In this document: positions 61,093 to 64,000 of the stretch, in pieces
How the letters are laid out: every line of letters starts with the position of its first letter
How positions within the stretch are numbered: the stretch's first letter is position 1
Source: an uncultured Verrucomicrobiota bacterium
Lineage (GTDB): Bacteria > Verrucomicrobiota > Verrucomicrobiia > Limisphaerales > UBA9464
Direction: 5' to 3'
NCBI GenBank assembly: GCA_903922605.1
Contig: CAIXUG010000080.1
Span: 7,526-71,525, forward strand
DNA length: 64,000 nucleotides
Notes under the pieces: generated by a model
Told to the model about the DNA's origin: nothing
Database searches by the model: none
Seen by the model: only the letters and a program-made list of their open reading frames with translations
Position numbers and translations under genes: made by a program

Positions 61093-62064
61093 CTACATCA
61101 GTTTGAGCTTCGGCAGGTCCTGCGAATCCACCAGGCCGACCGGCTCACGCTTCGCGTTCACGACGATGAGGTCGTCGATGTTGCGCTCGTTGAAGATGCG
61201 GAGGGCCTCGACCGCCAGCGCCTCGTCGCGGATGCAGATCGGCTTCGGGGTCATCACATCTTTCAGCCGCCGCGTGAGAATGAGATCATCGTTCGCCATG
61301 TGCCGGCGCAGGTCGCCGTCGGTGAAGACGCCGGCCAGCTTGCCCCGGGCATCCACGACGCTCACCGAGCCCGATTTTGCCCGGGTCATCACCAACAGAG
61401 CCTCCTTCACGGTGAGCGTCTGCGCGGCCAGTGCGTTGCGCTCGTCCCGCCGCATGATGTCCCCAACCTTCACCAGCATCGCCCGGCCGATGGCCCCGCT
61501 GGGATGGCGCTTGGCATAGTCCCTCATCTTGAAGCCGCGTGCATCCATCACGGCCATGGCGAGTGCGTCACCCATGACCAACGTGGCGGTCGTGCTCGAA
61601 GTGGGGGCGAGGTTGAAGGGGCAGGCTTCCTTCGGCACCCGGCAGTTCAGGATGACATCAGCATGCTTGGCCAGGGTGGACTTCGGCGAGCCGGTCAGGA
61701 CGATGATCTGGACGCTGAACCGCTTGAGCGCCGGCAGCAGATGGATCAGCTCGTCCGATTCGCCCGAATAGCTCAGAGCCAGCACCAAATCCCCCTCGTT
61801 GACGATGCCGATGTCGCCGTGCAGGGCGTCCACCGAATTGAGCACCACAGCGGTGGTCCCGGTGCTTGAAAGGGTCGCCGCGATCTTGCGGCCGATGTTG
61901 CCGGACTTCCCGATGCCGGCGACGACCAGCTTGTTGCGGCGGGCCAGCGTTTCGACCACGAGTTCGACCGCGCTCCCAAACGAGGCGTCGAGGCCGGCGC
62001 GCACGGCTTTCAGCGCGGCCAGCTCGATGGCGAAGACTTCACGGGCGCGGGTGAGGTGCGACAT
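61093..62064 (-). CDS. kdsD: Arabinose-5-phosphate isomerase (KpsF/GutQ; SIS + CBS domains)
   Basis: GIGKSGNIG, ALHGDIG, SYSGES, EACPFNLAPT, HPSGAIG, FTDGDLRR. Confidence 0.93.
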   Translation of the reverse strand: MSHLTRAREVFAIELAALKAVRAGLDASFGSAVELVVETLARRNKLVVAGIGKSGNIGRKIAATLSSTGTTAVVLNSVDALHGDIGIVNEGDLVLALSYSGESDELIHLLPALKRFSVQIIVLTGSPKSTLAKHADVILNCRVPKEACPFNLAPTSSTTATLVMGDALAMAVMDARGFKMRDYAKRHPSGAIGRAMLVKVGDIMRRDERNALAAQTLTVKEALLVMTRAKSGSVSVVDARGKLAGVFTDGDLRRHMANDDLILTRRLKDVMTPKPICIRDEALAVEALRIFNERNIDDLIVVNAKREPVGLVDSQDLPKLKLM

Positions 62065-62129
62065 GCGTGACGAATGCCGCATGCCGGCCCCCGAATGAAG
62101 CCCTAAATGCAGGCGGAGCGAGGCGTGAA

Positions 62130-63347
62130 CTACTCGATGAAGGCCTCGTGCAGCGCCTTCATGGCCTGCTCGCCCTGGGCGAGCGCGATCACGACGCTGA
62201 TCTTGATCTCGCTGGTGGAGATCATGCCGATGTTCACCCCCTCGTGGGCGAGCACGTCGAACATCTTGGCGGCAACGCCGCTGTGGCTGCGCATGCCGAC
62301 GCCGACGATGGACAGCTTGCCGATCTGCTCGTCGGCCACCGATTCCTTGAAGCCGACCTCGGCCTTCAACCCCTCGATCACGGTGCTGGCCTTGAGCAGG
62401 TCGGGCTTGTCCACGGTGAAGCTCAGGTCGGTGGCGCGGACGCCGCCGTCGTGGCTCACGTTCTGGACGATCATGTCCACATTGATCGCCGCATCGCTGA
62501 GGGCGCGGAAGATGCGGGCGGCGCGGCCCGGCTGGTCAGGCACGCTGAAGAGGGTGATCTTCGCCTGGTTCTTGTCGAGGGACACGCCGCGGACGACGAC
62601 GTCCTCCATGCTGTTCGTTTCTTCTTTCACGATGGTGCCGGGATTGTCGTTAAGGCTGGAACGGACTTCGAAGATGACGTTGAACTTCTTGGCAAACTCC
62701 ACCGAGCGGAGCTGCATCACCTTGGCGCCGCTGCCCGCGAGCTCGAGCATCTCGTCGTAGGCAATCTCGGAAAGCTTCTTTGCCCCGGGAACGAGGCGCG
62801 GGTCGGCGGTATAGACGCCATCCACGTCCGTGTAAATCTGGCAGAGGTCGGCCTTGAGCGCCGCCGCGAGGGCGATCGCGGTCAGATCGCTGCCGCCCCG
62901 GCCCAGGGTGGTGATCTGCCCCTCGGAGGTCTGCCCTTGGAAACCCGCGACGATGACGACGTTGCCGGCATCCAGCAGGCTGTGGACCTGCTTGGGCGTG
63001 ATGTTGCGGATCTTGGCCTTCGTATGGACGCCATCGGTAACGATGCCCGCCTGCGCGCCGGTCAGCGAAACCGCCTGCAGCCCGAGGGCATGCAACGCGA
63101 TCGCCGCGAGCGCAATGGTCTGCTGCTCGCCGGTGGCCAGCAGCATGTCCATCTCCCGTTCGCTGGGCAGCGCGGTGATGTCTTTGGCCAGCTTGATGAG
63201 GCCGTCGGTCACGCCGCTCATGGCCGATACGACGACCACGACCTGGTCGCCTTGGGCGCGATATTTCGCGACCCGACGGGCCACATTCTTGATGCGTTCC
63301 GGGTTGGCCACCGAGGTGCCCCCGAACTTTTGGACGATTAGCGCCAT
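62130..63347 (-). CDS. lysC: Aspartate kinase
   Basis: VQKFGGTSV, VVSAM, LGRGGSD, TDVDGVYTADPR and two ACT domains. Confidence 0.96.
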   Translation of the reverse strand: MALIVQKFGGTSVANPERIKNVARRVAKYRAQGDQVVVVVSAMSGVTDGLIKLAKDITALPSEREMDMLLATGEQQTIALAAIALHALGLQAVSLTGAQAGIVTDGVHTKAKIRNITPKQVHSLLDAGNVVIVAGFQGQTSEGQITTLGRGGSDLTAIALAAALKADLCQIYTDVDGVYTADPRLVPGAKKLSEIAYDEMLELAGSGAKVMQLRSVEFAKKFNVIFEVRSSLNDNPGTIVKEETNSMEDVVVRGVSLDKNQAKITLFSVPDQPGRAARIFRALSDAAINVDMIVQNVSHDGGVRATDLSFTVDKPDLLKASTVIEGLKAEVGFKESVADEQIGKLSIVGVGMRSHSGVAAKMFDVLAHEGVNIGMISTSEIKISVVIALAQGEQAMKALHEAFIE

Positions 63348-63485
63348 TTCTTGAAGGGGGGTGTTAATGGCTTAAGTGGGGACGTCGAACAACAAAAAAT
63401 CGGAAGTGAAGAGGTCGGGGTGGCATCTTTCATCGCGGCCAAGCTGGAGGTGAGCGGTTGCCGGCGGATGGAGGGAATGCGGCTC

Positions 63486-63553
63486 GGGCGAGCGTCCCCG
63501 CGAGCCGGGCGGCCTGAGGATTGGGGTGGCCCAGCTCGCGTGGACACTCGCCC
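63486..63553. repeat. REP-like inverted-repeat doublet
   Basis: gggcgagcgtccccgcgagc (63486-63505) pairs 18/20 with gctcgcgtggacactcgccc (63534-63553). Confidence 0.75.
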
Positions 63554-63698
63554 CACCGTGCCCCGGATAGATGCGGGTTCCGGAGCAAACCAACCCCATT
63601 CACGACGAAAAGATGCTCCACGGCCGGGCCGAAAGAAAAGGTTGGCGCTGGCATCGCCCTTTCCCATCTTGATCTTCGACAGGTCGTTACGCACCACC

Positions 63699-64000
63699 AT
63701 GCACGAATTCATCCGCGACATCGCCCTCTGCATCGGGACCGCCTGGTTGCTGGGAGTGGTGGCGCACTGGCTGCGGCAGCCGCCCCTGCTGGCCTATCTG
63801 GTCGGCGGTTTTGTGCTGGGGCCCTCCTGCCTGCGCTGGGTTCTCGACGCCGAGACTATCGGCACGATCTCGGAACTGGGCCTCATTTTCCTGCTCTTCA
63901 TGATCGGGCTGGAAATCGACCTGAAGAAGATCATCGCCGCCGGCCGCTCCATCACCGTCACCGCGTTCGTGCAGATCGGCGGCGGCAGCCTGCTCGGGGT
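63699..64000 (+). CDS. Cation:proton antiporter (CPA2/Kef-like), N-terminal part, runs off the window
   Basis: Hand translation MHEFIRDIALCIG...LRQPPLLAYLVGGFVLGP...ISELGLIFLLFMIGLEID. Confidence 0.88.
   Translation, partial: MHEFIRDIALCIGTAWLLGVVAHWLRQPPLLAYLVGGFVLGPSCLRWVLDAETIGTISELGLIFLLFMIGLEIDLKKIIAAGRSITVTAFVQIGGGSLLG

Noticed and set aside
63348-63698. Lysine riboswitch upstream of lysC
   Set aside because: No L-box consensus recognised. The visible structure is explained by a REP-like doublet.

Overview
High-GC bacterial chromosomal window, most consistent with a Verrucomicrobiota (Pedosphaera/Limisphaera-like) genome: DUF1501, DUF1549/DUF1553, planctomycete-type cytochrome c, PEP-CTERM and prepilin/H-X9-DG proteins. 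0.9-17.9 kb is a mostly co-oriented cluster of unknown function: two DUF1549/DUF1553 CxxCH proteins, four Tat-signal DUF1501 proteins, a PPC-domain protein and a cytochrome c-WD40 protein. It is interrupted by a PEP-CTERM gene, a stand-alone RsbRD_N-like gene and REP-like inverted repeats. 18-28 kb holds an M14 peptidase, hemW, DUF5069 and DUF5009 proteins, an aldehyde dehydrogenase, a 56-aa membrane protein missing from the ORF track, and a PVC-type heme dehydrogenase with in-frame repeat inserts and an AT-shifted internal segment. 28-39.5 kb holds a ~17-Ig-domain secreted protein with a 765-bp higher-order repeat, divergent from a FecR-TPR-beta-barrel gene and a CHASE2 adenylate/guanylate cyclase (NsrA/CyaK-like architecture). 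40-64 kb is mostly housekeeping: ruvB, S8 protease, Tat-SOD, argA, upp, sppA, rRNA methyltransferase, thiS, a VapBC-like pair, acyl-CoA ligase, rseP, ispG, kdsD, lysC and a partial CPA2 antiporter. No rRNA, tRNA, CRISPR array, integrase, transposase or reverse transcriptase was seen. All family assignments come from recognising motifs by eye, not from database searches.
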